The notes beneath the pieces were generated by a model, which ran no database searches, was not told the origin of the DNA, and worked only from the letters and a program-made list of their open reading frames with translations. From Elusimicrobiota bacterium (GTDB taxonomy: Bacteria > Elusimicrobiota > Elusimicrobia > Elusimicrobiales > UBA9959): a stretch of DNA of 64,000 nucleotides. The DNA lies in NCBI GenBank assembly GCA_036574205.1, contig JAINCQ010000037.1, positions 32,001 through 96,000 of the forward strand, in the 5' to 3' direction. Of this stretch, positions 28,936 to 39,153 are shown one piece after another. Every line of letters begins with the position of its first letter. Positions within the stretch are counted from its first letter, which is position 1. The translations under genes were made by a program, and so were the position numbers.

Positions 28936-30362
28936 GGTATATTACTCCCCATATACATTATCTGGGCTGTCAACTCCGCATAAGCATAAGGGTAGGTTAT
29001 GAATATTCCAAGAACCAACCCGACAAAAGATAAAAACAAAACTGAAGCCACCATTGTGGAAGAGCCTTCTGATGGGGCATTCATCTTTTCGTTTCCAAGA
29101 AATATTTTATAGAAAAGACGTGTAAGATAAAGCATGGTGAGAATTGCGCCTATAAAAAATACAAAAGATATTACTATATCGTTTGTTTCTACCGCTCCCT
29201 TAAAGACAAGAAATTTTGCAAAAAATCCTCCAAATGGTGGTAATCCCATTACAGAAAACGATGAAAGAGCAAAGGCAAGAGCAGTAAGCGGCATTGTTTT
29301 AATAAGCCCTCCCATTTTTGTAATGTCTTTTGTATGAGTTTTTTGCTCTATTATACCAGCACAGAGGAACAACCCTGCTTTTGCCATGCTATGCATTAGA
29401 ATATAAAGAAGGCCTCCTGTAAAAGCCAGTTTAGATCCGCTTGCCAGTCCCAGAAATATAAATGAAAGCTGGCTTATTGTTGAATATGCTATTATTCTTT
29501 TAATATCATTATCTATTAAGGCAGCTGCGCCTGAGACAAGAGCTGTTAATCCAGTTATTGCAAGGACCATATAATTGAAGTTCTCAGGTGTTATAAATAC
29601 TGTTCCAAAAAGCTTAGCATAAACAAAAGTTCCTATTTTAACAAGCACAGCAGCATGAAGTAATGCGGTAACGGTTGAAGGTGCTACACCTGCATCTGGA
29701 AGCCAGGTTGAAAATGGCAGTATTGCAGATTTGGAAAATATACCGCATAATATTAAGAGGGCAGGAAGCATTGCTATTTCCTTTGATTTTAGCTCGGAGA
29801 TATTTAATGTCTGGTTTGCGGCATAAATATATATTATTCCTATAAGCATTAATATCGCTCCAAATACAGTAACAAGTATTGTCTTATTAGCTTTTATAAC
29901 ATCTTTGTCGCTTCTGAAAAAACCAACCAATCTCCATGAGGCAAAAGCTGTCAGTTCCCAAAAAACATACATCCATATAAGATTATCCGAATAAACAAGT
30001 CCCATCATAGAACCCATAAAAAGTATAACCATGACATAATATTCTGTCTGATTTTCGTAGTGAGATATATAATCTATTGAGTATATCACTATTATAAGGC
30101 TTGTAAGTGATGAAATGGTGGCCATAAGAGCTGAAAGTGGATCAAGACGGAATGCAAAGTCAAAACTCATAGGAAAACTTATGAGATATTTTGCTCCATC
30201 TATAAACGCGCTTTGCATTAAAGCGCAGTTTAAAATAAATGTGATAGCGGTTATTAAAACGGTTATGGCGTTTCTTAAATCCTTTGATATTTTGTTAAAA
30301 AAAGGAAGCGTAAAAGACCCCACAACCGGTATAAGAACAGCCATCAAAACAGTTTTATCCAT
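28932..30362 (-). CDS. Antiporter-like subunit (NuoL/M-like)
   Basis: KSAILPFSTWLPDA, TALLHAA..VK, KRIIAYSTISQL. Confidence 0.9.
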   Translation of the reverse strand: MDKTVLMAVLIPVVGSFTLPFFNKISKDLRNAITVLITAITFILNCALMQSAFIDGAKYLISFPMSFDFAFRLDPLSALMATISSLTSLIIVIYSIDYISHYENQTEYYVMVILFMGSMMGLVYSDNLIWMYVFWELTAFASWRLVGFFRSDKDVIKANKTILVTVFGAILMLIGIIYIYAANQTLNISELKSKEIAMLPALLILCGIFSKSAILPFSTWLPDAGVAPSTVTALLHAAVLVKIGTFVYAKLFGTVFITPENFNYMVLAITGLTALVSGAAALIDNDIKRIIAYSTISQLSFIFLGLASGSKLAFTGGLLYILMHSMAKAGLFLCAGIIEQKTHTKDITKMGGLIKTMPLTALAFALSSFSVMGLPPFGGFFAKFLVFKGAVETNDIVISFVFFIGAILTMLYLTRLFYKIFLGNEKMNAPSEGSSTMVASVLFLSFVGLVLGIFITYPYAYAELTAQIMYMGSNIP

Positions 30363-30445
30363 ATATACCTCTCAAGCTAAGTTTTAAATTTATTTTAACA
30401 AAAATTTTTTTTAAAAAAAATTAACAATTCTAAAAATAAAATTAA

Positions 30446-32092
30446 TCATGCTAATATTAAAACAAAAAAAGGAAGATCAGTTAAAAACTCCGATAAGAGT
30501 ATATCTGGTGTTTTTTTCTTTTTAAGTGCATATATTAGAAGAATGTAATATACAGGCAAAATTATAATAAATAAATTAAGCTTTATATAAAACATTATTG
30601 ATGAGATGAGGATTACAAAAACTAATACATTAATTAGCATAAAAGTTTTTTCCTCTCCAATTGCTGAATATATATTTTCATTTGATATTATCATATCATT
30701 ATATTTCTGGAAAACACTTATTAAAACGCTTCTTAGAGTGGATACGACAAACACAAATAGGAAGGTAAGATAAAAAACTTTTGATCCGATCTTCCCGCAT
30801 GATATTGCTGGAATAAATGTTGTCATATAGCACCATCCAAAAGCTATGAACATATCTTTTATACCCGGGATTTTTATTTTGTTTTTAATCTCTTTATATT
30901 TTACTCCCGCAAAAATAAAAATAAAAATCAAAAAAGAATAAAACACTCCTTTGGTGGTAGATATTGCAATTGAGATAAAAATTAAAAGATACGAGAAGTA
31001 TTTTATCTCTTTTGAATATTTAAGAAAAATCATTTTTTTTATATTATCTTCTAAAAATTCTTTTTCAAGGTTTCTATTTATTATGTGAATTACCATAACT
31101 GATATCGCAATTGCAGATGCAAGAGGAAATTCAATATGGTTTTTAAAAGATTTATATACGAGGGAAATCAGACCAAATGCGGCGAAACCGGTAAATATTC
31201 CAGTTGAAACAAGAACCCTGAATAATTTAATAAATTTTTTTTCCCTAAATACCATTTCTTTTATTTTCTTTTCTACTCTTTCAATCATCCATCCAGGGGT
31301 TGATGCGCCTGCTGTTATAAAAAGCAGATTTACATTCTCAAATATTTCTGGAGTTATCTCATTTTCATTTTCAACAAGAATTGATTTTTTGGAAAGGGTT
31401 TTCGTTATCTGGTAAAGCCTTTGTGTATTAGCTGAGTGTTTGCCCCCTATTATTATTACAAGATCTGAAATTCTGGAAAACTCAATTGTTTCTTTTTGTC
31501 TTAATTTTGTTGGCGTGCATATGGTATTTGAAATAATAAGTTCTGAAACCTTTGTCCTTATTATCTTCACAATTTTGAAGAATAATTCTTCTTCCTGAGT
31601 TGTTTGAGAGACAAGATTTGCTTTTTCTATGTTTGGCAATCTTCTGGCATCTTCTTCAGATGTTATTATAAAATAGTTTTCACCTGCATATCCTTTAAGC
31701 CCTATAACCTCAGCATGTTCAGGATCTCCAAGTATTATAGTTGTATATCCTTTTTTAGAATATTTTGTTATTGTGTTATGAACATTTTTAACAAGAGGAC
31801 AGGTAGCATCTACAACCTCTATGCCCGAGTTTCTGATTTCTTCTTCAATTTTTGGAGGTACACCATGCGCCCTTATAACAAGTATAGAGTTTTTCGGATC
31901 TTTTATTTCTTTTATATCATTGATTGACTCAATCCCGCGTTCTTTCAGGTTTTTTATAACATCATTGTTGTGAATTAATGGACCGAAAGTATAAATTTTT
32001 TTGGTTGTTTTTTGCGAAAGTTCTATTACCTTCTTTATAGCATCGTTAACCCCTGGACAGAATCCAGCGTTTTTTGCAACTATAATCTTCAC
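30446..32092 (-). CDS. ispH: HMBPP reductase IspH fused to a C-terminal multi-TM (UbiA-like) domain
   Basis: GFCPGV, DATCPLV, HAEV, SQTT, NTICTPT, SANT, TAGASTP, then about 265 aa of hydrophobic sequence. Confidence 0.9.
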   Translation of the reverse strand: MKIIVAKNAGFCPGVNDAIKKVIELSQKTTKKIYTFGPLIHNNDVIKNLKERGIESINDIKEIKDPKNSILVIRAHGVPPKIEEEIRNSGIEVVDATCPLVKNVHNTITKYSKKGYTTIILGDPEHAEVIGLKGYAGENYFIITSEEDARRLPNIEKANLVSQTTQEEELFFKIVKIIRTKVSELIISNTICTPTKLRQKETIEFSRISDLVIIIGGKHSANTQRLYQITKTLSKKSILVENENEITPEIFENVNLLFITAGASTPGWMIERVEKKIKEMVFREKKFIKLFRVLVSTGIFTGFAAFGLISLVYKSFKNHIEFPLASAIAISVMVIHIINRNLEKEFLEDNIKKMIFLKYSKEIKYFSYLLIFISIAISTTKGVFYSFLIFIFIFAGVKYKEIKNKIKIPGIKDMFIAFGWCYMTTFIPAISCGKIGSKVFYLTFLFVFVVSTLRSVLISVFQKYNDMIISNENIYSAIGEEKTFMLINVLVFVILISSIMFYIKLNLFIIILPVYYILLIYALKKKKTPDILLSEFLTDLPFFVLILA

Positions 32093-32094
32093 TG

Positions 32095-33300
32095 TTAGAT
32101 TATTCCCAATTTTTTACCTATTTTTATAAACTTTGATATCGCAAATTCAAGATCTTTTATGGTGTGTCCGGCGGTGACTATAGTCCTTAGTCTTTCTTTC
32201 CCTTTTGGAACAGTTGGATATACTATTGAAAGAGCAAAAACACCTTCTTCAAAAAGCATATTTGAAAATTTAGTTGCCTTTAAACTATCTTTTACCATTA
32301 TTGGAGTAATTGGGGTTATGCTTTCACCGGTGTCAAATCCAGCTTTTTTTAATTCTTCTTTAAAGAATTTTGTATTTTCCCATAGTCTATTAAGATACTT
32401 AGGTTCATTTAATAATATGTCAAGTATTTTTAGGCAGGTTGCTGCAACTGACGGTGGTTGAGAGCTTGAAAATAAAAACGGTCTTGCTACAGATCCTAAA
32501 TAATCTCTCAATTTCTTTGTTGTAGCCGCGTATCCTCCAACAGCTGCAAAAGCTTTGGATAATGTTCCAATTTGTATTTCAACTTTTCCGTCAAGATTGT
32601 AATAATTTACCGTTCCCCTTCCTTGTTTCCCTATAACACCGCTTGCATGAGCGTCATCAACCATTACAATAGCGTCGTATCTGTTTGCCAATTTTACTAT
32701 CTCAGGCAATGGAGCAATGTCTCCATCCATAGAAAAAACGCCGTCTGTAACTATTAATTTCCTTTTAGCTTTTTTTGATTCTTCGCTTTCAAGTATTTCC
32801 TTTAAATGAGCCACATCTTTGTGTCTATAAATTTTTCTTGGGGCCTTTGCCAATCTTGCTCCATCTATTATTGAAGCGTGATTCAGTTCATCTGAAATTA
32901 GAAGATAATTTTCGTCATTCATTAGGGTTTGACATACAGCCACATTGGTAGTAAAACCTGACTGAAACAATATAGAATCTTCAGTATTCTTAAATTTTGC
33001 AAATCTTTTTTCAAGTTCTCTATGTATTTCCATTGTTCCTATTATGGTTCTTACAGCTGCGCTTCCAACCCCGTATTTTTTTATTGCTTCAATCGCCGCT
33101 TTTTTGACAAGAGGATTGTCAGCCATAGCAAGATAGTTATTTGATGAAAGATTTATAACTTTTTTTGAGTCAATAATGGATACTGGCTTTTGCGCGGAGT
33201 TAAGGATTCTTGGAGTTATAAATCTATTTTCTTTTTTTAGGGTATTTATTTCCTCATCAATAAACTCTAGCTTCTTTGATATTTCATTTTGAATTTTCAT
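32095..33300 (-). CDS. kbl: Glycine C-acetyltransferase / 8-amino-7-oxononanoate synthase family PLP enzyme
   Basis: SNNYL, SDELNHASIIDG, DGVFSMDGD, DDAH, GTLSKA. Confidence 0.85.
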   Translation of the reverse strand: MKIQNEISKKLEFIDEEINTLKKENRFITPRILNSAQKPVSIIDSKKVINLSSNNYLAMADNPLVKKAAIEAIKKYGVGSAAVRTIIGTMEIHRELEKRFAKFKNTEDSILFQSGFTTNVAVCQTLMNDENYLLISDELNHASIIDGARLAKAPRKIYRHKDVAHLKEILESEESKKAKRKLIVTDGVFSMDGDIAPLPEIVKLANRYDAIVMVDDAHASGVIGKQGRGTVNYYNLDGKVEIQIGTLSKAFAAVGGYAATTKKLRDYLGSVARPFLFSSSQPPSVAATCLKILDILLNEPKYLNRLWENTKFFKEELKKAGFDTGESITPITPIMVKDSLKATKFSNMLFEEGVFALSIVYPTVPKGKERLRTIVTAGHTIKDLEFAISKFIKIGKKLGII

Positions 33301-33679
33301 TATTCCTCCTTGATAAAACCGCATTATTTATAGTTTTCATCAAATCATCCAGGTTAAAAGGTTTTTGGACTATTTCATAAGCTCCGCTCATCTTTGCTAT
33401 GCCTTTTTCAAACTGAGTGTCTCTAGAGGTTATTATTATAATTATTGGTGGATTTTTAAGAGAGCTTGTTATTTGATGCGTTAAATGATATCCATCCATA
33501 TAAGGCATCATTACATCTACAAGTATAACATCAAATGTTTTTTCACTAGCCACTCTAAGCGCATCTCTGCCATTGTTAACTACCTCGCATTCATGCCCCA
33601 TAGATAAAAAATATGATTTAAGAAGATCTGTTATATCAGTTTCATCGTCTGCTACAAGAATTTTTAATCTATTTTCCAT
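33284..33679 (-). CDS. Single-domain response regulator
   Basis: LVADD, DVMMPYMDG, QKPF. Confidence 0.92.
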   Translation of the reverse strand: MENRLKILVADDETDITDLLKSYFLSMGHECEVVNNGRDALRVASEKTFDVILVDVMMPYMDGYHLTHQITSSLKNPPIIIIITSRDTQFEKGIAKMSGAYEIVQKPFNLDDLMKTINNAVLSRRNNENSK

Positions 33680-36600
33680 GAATTTACCCCCATAATCTCT
33701 TCTATTTTCTTTATTATATTTTTTGTAACTCTTATTCTCATTGAGGTTTCTATTAAATATTGCAAACCGTTCATAGAATTTATTGAAAAATAAACTTTTG
33801 TATCTCCTGAATTATTTGGGTTTTCAAATATTTTTTTAATTTCTTTAAGTTTCCTTGTATCTTCACTCATTACTGTTTTCCCATCAAAAAATATTATAAA
33901 ACTTTTTGAGTGATTTTCTATATAGTCATATATCTCATAAATACTATCTACTATAATTTCATATTTTTTTGAAGAAAAATCTGTTTCTTTCACAACTCCA
34001 TTTACCACGACAATATTATCTATTTTTATATTGTTTTTAAATTGATTGAACTGTTTTGGAAAAATAGTTGCGCTTATAGATTCACTTAAATCTTCAAGTT
34101 CAAATTTGCACATAATCTCATTTTTTCTAGTTGTTGTTTGTTTATTTGAAATTATTAATCCGGATATCACAACTTTAGAATTTTCCTTAACATTACCTTC
34201 TATTATCTCGCCTATGGTATGAGTTGATACCATTTTCATAATCCTTCTAAAGTTTATCAAAGGGTTTCCTGAAAAATAAAATCCCAGAACTTCTTTTTCA
34301 TTGTTTAATACCTCATGCTCTGTAAGAATTTTATCATCTGGGGATTCAAAAAGAGTATTTGTGGCAAAGGCAAGTATTGAGGCTTTTTCTTCTACCTGGC
34401 TTGCTTTTAGAGCTTTTGTCCTTTTTATATTTTTTTCTGTTTCACTAAAAAGACAATCAAAGGCTCCAGCTTTTGCAAGCGATTCAAGAACTTTTTTATT
34501 GAATTGCTTTGAATTATTTCTAGAAATAAAATCACTTATAGATTTATATTCACCGTTTCTTTCCCTTTCTTTTACTATTTCTTCAGCAACTGAGTCTCCT
34601 ATGTTTTTTATCCCGGTAAGAGCAAATCTTATCCCATATTTTTCTCCATTTTTTTCTATTTCGAACAATGGGTATGAACGATTTACATCAGGCCCAAGCA
34701 ACTCAAATCCCATGGATACTACTTCATCTATATATGTAACTAACTTATTTTCTTTTTGATCAGAACCAATAGGATTATGCCCTATCTCGTTTGAAAGAAG
34801 TGAAACCATAAACTCAAGAGGATAATTTGCCTTTAAAAAAGCAGTTTGATAGGCAATTGTGGCATATGCAACAGAATGTGATTTATTAAATCCATAACCG
34901 GCGAATTTATACATTTGTTCAAATATTTTTACAGCAAGTTTTTGATGAATTGAATTTTTTTCGCAACCTTTTATAAATTGTTCTCTGACTTCTTCCATTT
35001 CCTCAGGTATTTTTTTTCCCATTGCTTTTCTTAACTTATCTGCCTCAGATGGCGAAAAACCTGCCAGTCTTTTGGATATTTCCATTACCTGTTCTTGATA
35101 TATTATGGTCCCATATGTGTCTTTAAGTATATCTTCAAGCAAAGGATGATCATATATAACCTTTTCTTTTCCATGTTTCCTGTTTACAAAAGAGTTTAAC
35201 ATACCAGCCTCTATTGGTCCTGGCCTATATAACGCCACCAGTGCTGATACATCTGGGAAAACATTTGGTTTAAGGTTTCTCACCAATTTCTTCATTCCTT
35301 CACTTTCTAACTGAAATACGCCTGTTGTTTTGCCTTCAGATAAAAGTTCAAAAGTTTTTTTGTCGTCAAATGGTATTTTGTCTATGTCAAATTGAGGTTC
35401 TTTAATTTTTATTCTATTTACTGTATCCTGTATAACGCTGAGTGTCCTTAATCCAAGAAAATCTATTTTTAAAAGTCCAAGTTCTGTAAGGGTATTTCCA
35501 TCATATTGAGTTGTAATTATCCCATCTCTGTAGGCAAGTGGCACATATTTATATACTGGCTTATCTGTTATTACTTTACCTGCGGCATGGACCCCTGTTT
35601 GACGTTTAAGCCCTTCTATTTTTAATGCTACTTCAAAAAGCTTTTTATAATTTTCATTGCTATCTTTTAGCTTCTTTATCTCTGGGTTATTTAATGCTTC
35701 TAAAAGAGTTTCTTTGTTTATCAGTTTTGTAATTTTATTCATTTCAGCTGCTGAAAATCCAAGCACCCTTCCAACATCTTTAATTGCTGTTTTAGCCATT
35801 ATTGTGCCATAGGTTACTATATGAGCTACGTTTTCTTTCCCATATTTCTCTCTAACATACTCTATTACCAGATCTCTTCCCTTATCTGAAAAATCTATAT
35901 CTAAATCTGGCATGCTTTTTCGCGAAGGGTTTAAAAAACGCTCAAATAAAAGATTATGTTTTATCGGATCAACTTTTGTTATATTCAAAGCATATGAAAC
36001 AAGAGCTCCAGCCCCAGAACCTCTTCCAGGACCAACGGGAATATTATGTTCTCTCGCATACTTTATAAAATCCATAACTATTAAAAAATAACTTGAAAAT
36101 CCAGCATTTTTTATAACATCAAGCTCAAAGTTAAGTCGTTTCAGGTACTCATCAGGAATCTTACCGAATTTTTCAGTCAATCCTTCAAGACATAAGTCTC
36201 TAAGATATCTAAATTGAGGATTTTCATCATTTTCCTTTTCTTTTAGATATTTATCCGGGACATCAAAATTTGGAAAATAAATTTTATCTTTTGAGAGTTT
36301 AAAATTACATCTTTCTGCTATTTCAACAGTATTTGAAATAGCCTGGGGAATTTCATTAAATAGTTGAATCATTTCTTGTTCGGATTTGAAATAAAATTCG
36401 TCTGTTTCCATTTTAAGTCTATCTTTGTCTTCTATATTTGAGTTTGTGGATATACATATATGAACATCATGGGCAAAAGCATCCTGTTTGTTTTCGTAAT
36501 GGCAATCATTTGTCGCAACCACCTTTAATCCAGTCTTTCTGGCTATTTCAACAAGAGGTTTTAAAACCTTTTTTTCATTTTCTATATTATGATCCATTAG

Positions 36601-37146
36601 TTCAATAAAAAAATCCTCAGCGCCACATATGCTTTTAAATCTATCCGCTATTTCAGTGGCTTTCTGTATATTACCTTCAAGAATATACTGTGATATCAAA
36701 GATTGAATGCAACCAGAGAGGAAAATTATCCCTTTATGATATTTTTCTAGAAGCTCAAAATCTATTCGTGGATGGTAATAAAATCCCTCAATATAAGCCA
36801 TTGAAAGCATCTCAACTAAATTAAAATAACCTTCATTGTCTTTTACAAGAGCTGTAAGATGTCCCACTTTTTGAGTTGAGTTTTTAGATCTATCTTTTCT
36901 GTCATTTTCCGCTATATATAATTCACAGCCTAAAATAGGTTTTAATCCAACTTTTATAGCATTGTTATAAAATGATATTGCTCCATACATATTACCATGG
37001 TCTGTGAAAGCCAGCGCTGGTATTTTCTCTTTTAGAAGTCTGTTTAAAAATCTTGAAGGTTTGCCATCTATCTCTGTAATTCTTAACATTCCATCAAGAA
37101 GAGAGTATTCCGAGTGATTGTGGAGATGTATGAATTTTGCCTGCAT
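33664..37146 (-). CDS. dnaE: DNA polymerase III alpha subunit
   Basis: HLHNHSEYSLLDG PHP domain, GPGRGSGAG, PDLDIDF, FNKSHS; no intein seen. Confidence 0.98.
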   Translation of the reverse strand: MQAKFIHLHNHSEYSLLDGMLRITEIDGKPSRFLNRLLKEKIPALAFTDHGNMYGAISFYNNAIKVGLKPILGCELYIAENDRKDRSKNSTQKVGHLTALVKDNEGYFNLVEMLSMAYIEGFYYHPRIDFELLEKYHKGIIFLSGCIQSLISQYILEGNIQKATEIADRFKSICGAEDFFIELMDHNIENEKKVLKPLVEIARKTGLKVVATNDCHYENKQDAFAHDVHICISTNSNIEDKDRLKMETDEFYFKSEQEMIQLFNEIPQAISNTVEIAERCNFKLSKDKIYFPNFDVPDKYLKEKENDENPQFRYLRDLCLEGLTEKFGKIPDEYLKRLNFELDVIKNAGFSSYFLIVMDFIKYAREHNIPVGPGRGSGAGALVSYALNITKVDPIKHNLLFERFLNPSRKSMPDLDIDFSDKGRDLVIEYVREKYGKENVAHIVTYGTIMAKTAIKDVGRVLGFSAAEMNKITKLINKETLLEALNNPEIKKLKDSNENYKKLFEVALKIEGLKRQTGVHAAGKVITDKPVYKYVPLAYRDGIITTQYDGNTLTELGLLKIDFLGLRTLSVIQDTVNRIKIKEPQFDIDKIPFDDKKTFELLSEGKTTGVFQLESEGMKKLVRNLKPNVFPDVSALVALYRPGPIEAGMLNSFVNRKHGKEKVIYDHPLLEDILKDTYGTIIYQEQVMEISKRLAGFSPSEADKLRKAMGKKIPEEMEEVREQFIKGCEKNSIHQKLAVKIFEQMYKFAGYGFNKSHSVAYATIAYQTAFLKANYPLEFMVSLLSNEIGHNPIGSDQKENKLVTYIDEVVSMGFELLGPDVNRSYPLFEIEKNGEKYGIRFALTGIKNIGDSVAEEIVKERERNGEYKSISDFISRNNSKQFNKKVLESLAKAGAFDCLFSETEKNIKRTKALKASQVEEKASILAFATNTLFESPDDKILTEHEVLNNEKEVLGFYFSGNPLINFRRIMKMVSTHTIGEIIEGNVKENSKVVISGLIISNKQTTTRKNEIMCKFELEDLSESISATIFPKQFNQFKNNIKIDNIVVVNGVVKETDFSSKKYEIIVDSIYEIYDYIENHSKSFIIFFDGKTVMSEDTRKLKEIKKIFENPNNSGDTKVYFSINSMNGLQYLIETSMRIRVTKNIIKKIEEIMGVNSWKID

Positions 37147-37293
37147 ACATAAATTATATAATAAATAGTCAAACTCGTAAATTTGTTTTTACAAGCTATG
37201 ATATGGTATAGGCAATAAGGATGATTGGATTTATTAAAATAGAAATTATTTCTTTCTGTTTTTTATTTATGTTCTATGTTAAAATATATTTGT

Positions 37294-37857
37294 ATGAAAA
37301 AAATTATAGAAAAAAATTATAGAGAAAAAAGAATTTATAAAGGCAAAGCAATATCATTTATGGTTGATACTGTCATTTTGCCAAACGGAAAAAAAGCCAC
37401 CAGAGAATTTATGGACCATCCTGGGGCGGTTGCTGTTTTGGCAGTCAACAAAAAAAATGAAATAATATTTGTGCAACAATACCGTTATCCTGTAAATAAA
37501 ATAACTTATGAGATACCTGCTGGAAAGCTCAATTTTAAGGGTGATAACTTTTTAAAAAGAGCAAGAGCTGAGTTAATGGAAGAAACAGGATATACTGCCA
37601 GAAGATTAAATCATTTAATAGATTTCTGGCCAACCCCTGCTTTTTCAAATGAGATTTTAAGAATATATATTGCAAGAGATCTTAAAAAGGGGGCTGCATC
37701 TCCTGATGAGGATGAATTTTTGAATGTAAAAAAAATAAAAGATGTAGATGCGTTAAAAATGATTAAAAAAGGAGATATAAAAGATTCTAAAACAATCATA
37801 GCAGTTTTCTATTATTTTTTGTTTGTTAAAAAAGTTTCTGATTTATGCGTAAAATAA
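37294..37857 (+). CDS. nudF: Nudix hydrolase (ADP-ribose pyrophosphatase-like)
   Basis: HPGAV, QYRYP, EIPAG, RAELMEETGY, DSKT. Confidence 0.85.
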   Translation: MKKIIEKNYREKRIYKGKAISFMVDTVILPNGKKATREFMDHPGAVAVLAVNKKNEIIFVQQYRYPVNKITYEIPAGKLNFKGDNFLKRARAELMEETGYTARRLNHLIDFWPTPAFSNEILRIYIARDLKKGAASPDEDEFLNVKKIKDVDALKMIKKGDIKDSKTIIAVFYYFLFVKKVSDLCVK

Positions 37858-39146
37858 ATCTTTCTGATATTCCCCATCTTCCAGGCGTTTATATAATGAA
37901 GGATATCCATGGACGAATAATATATATAGGCAAAGCAAAAGACCTTAGAAAAAGAGTTGGTTCATATTTTGGTGAAGGAAGCAAAAATTTTAAAGCTTTT
38001 AATATAAGCTTATTTATTCATAGAATAGATTTTATAATTTCAAACAGCGAAAAAGAGGCATTGTTGTTAGAGAGAAAATTGATAGGCGATATAAAGCCTT
38101 TTTTTAACACTGTATGGAAAGATTCAAAATCATATTCGTATCTTGCAATTACGAAGGAGGATTTTCCAAGGATTTTTTTTACAAGAAATAGAAAAATAAA
38201 TGCTTATTATTTTGGTCCTTATCCTAAGCTTGAGATTGTAAGGAGGTTTGTAGACGAATTACAATCTATAGGCCTTATTAATTTAAGAAGATGCAGATAT
38301 AATTTTTCGTTTAAAAAACCTCTTAAAAGATCACAATTTGAAAAATGCATATATTATCATACCAAACAGTGTCCAGCTCCATGTGATGAATTGCGTATTT
38401 CAAAGAAGGAATATAAAAAACTTGTTAATAGAGCTATTGATCTTTTTAATGGAAGAAGTAAAAAATTAATTGCAGAATTTAAGTCTAAGATGGAAAAAGC
38501 AGTAGCAAATCTTGAATATGAAAAAGCAATAAAATATAGAGATTTTATAAAAGCGATAAATCATATATATGAAAGGGTTTCATTATATAAAAGTGATATA
38601 TGGGATATTGAATCAAAACTAAATATGACTAATACCCTAATTGAACTTAAAAAGATTTTGCATCTTAAAAAAATTCCATATCATATAGAATCATTTGATA
38701 TTTCAAATCTTTACAATAAATGGGCAGTAGGTGGATCTGTTTGCTTTATAAATGGAGAAAAAAATTATGAGCATTATAGGCGTTATAAAATAAGATTTGA
38801 TGACTTAAAAGATGGTGGAAATGATTATAAGATGATTTATGAGGTAGTATCAAGAAGGCTTAAGAAAGCATTGTTAGAGGGTGAAATTCCAGATTTAATC
38901 ATAATAGATGGTGGCAAAGGCCAGCTATCTATGGCTTTAAAAGCAGCAGATGATATTGGGGTTAAAGTAGATATTGTATCTATTGCGAAAAAAAATGAAG
39001 AGATATATCTTCCCCAATCCAGCAATCCAATAATTCTGCCAAAAGATTCAAAAGAGCTTCTATTTTTGATTTCAATCAGGGATGAGACACATAGATTTGC
39101 AGTTAGCTATCACAGAAAATTACGAAGTATGGATTTTTTGATATAA
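37845..39146 (+). CDS. uvrC: UvrC excinuclease, lacking the C-terminal HhH domain
   Basis: GVY..IIYIGKAKDLRKRV, UVR coil, ESFDIS, IIDGGKGQL, RDETHRFA. Confidence 0.9.
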   Translation: MRKINLSDIPHLPGVYIMKDIHGRIIYIGKAKDLRKRVGSYFGEGSKNFKAFNISLFIHRIDFIISNSEKEALLLERKLIGDIKPFFNTVWKDSKSYSYLAITKEDFPRIFFTRNRKINAYYFGPYPKLEIVRRFVDELQSIGLINLRRCRYNFSFKKPLKRSQFEKCIYYHTKQCPAPCDELRISKKEYKKLVNRAIDLFNGRSKKLIAEFKSKMEKAVANLEYEKAIKYRDFIKAINHIYERVSLYKSDIWDIESKLNMTNTLIELKKILHLKKIPYHIESFDISNLYNKWAVGGSVCFINGEKNYEHYRRYKIRFDDLKDGGNDYKMIYEVVSRRLKKALLEGEIPDLIIIDGGKGQLSMALKAADDIGVKVDIVSIAKKNEEIYLPQSSNPIILPKDSKELLFLISIRDETHRFAVSYHRKLRSMDFLI

Positions 39147-39153
39147 TGCTTGT

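Noticed and set aside
21017..30362. NADH:quinone oxidoreductase (nuo)
   Set aside because: The large subunit has both NiFe CxxC motifs, and nuoEFG is absent.
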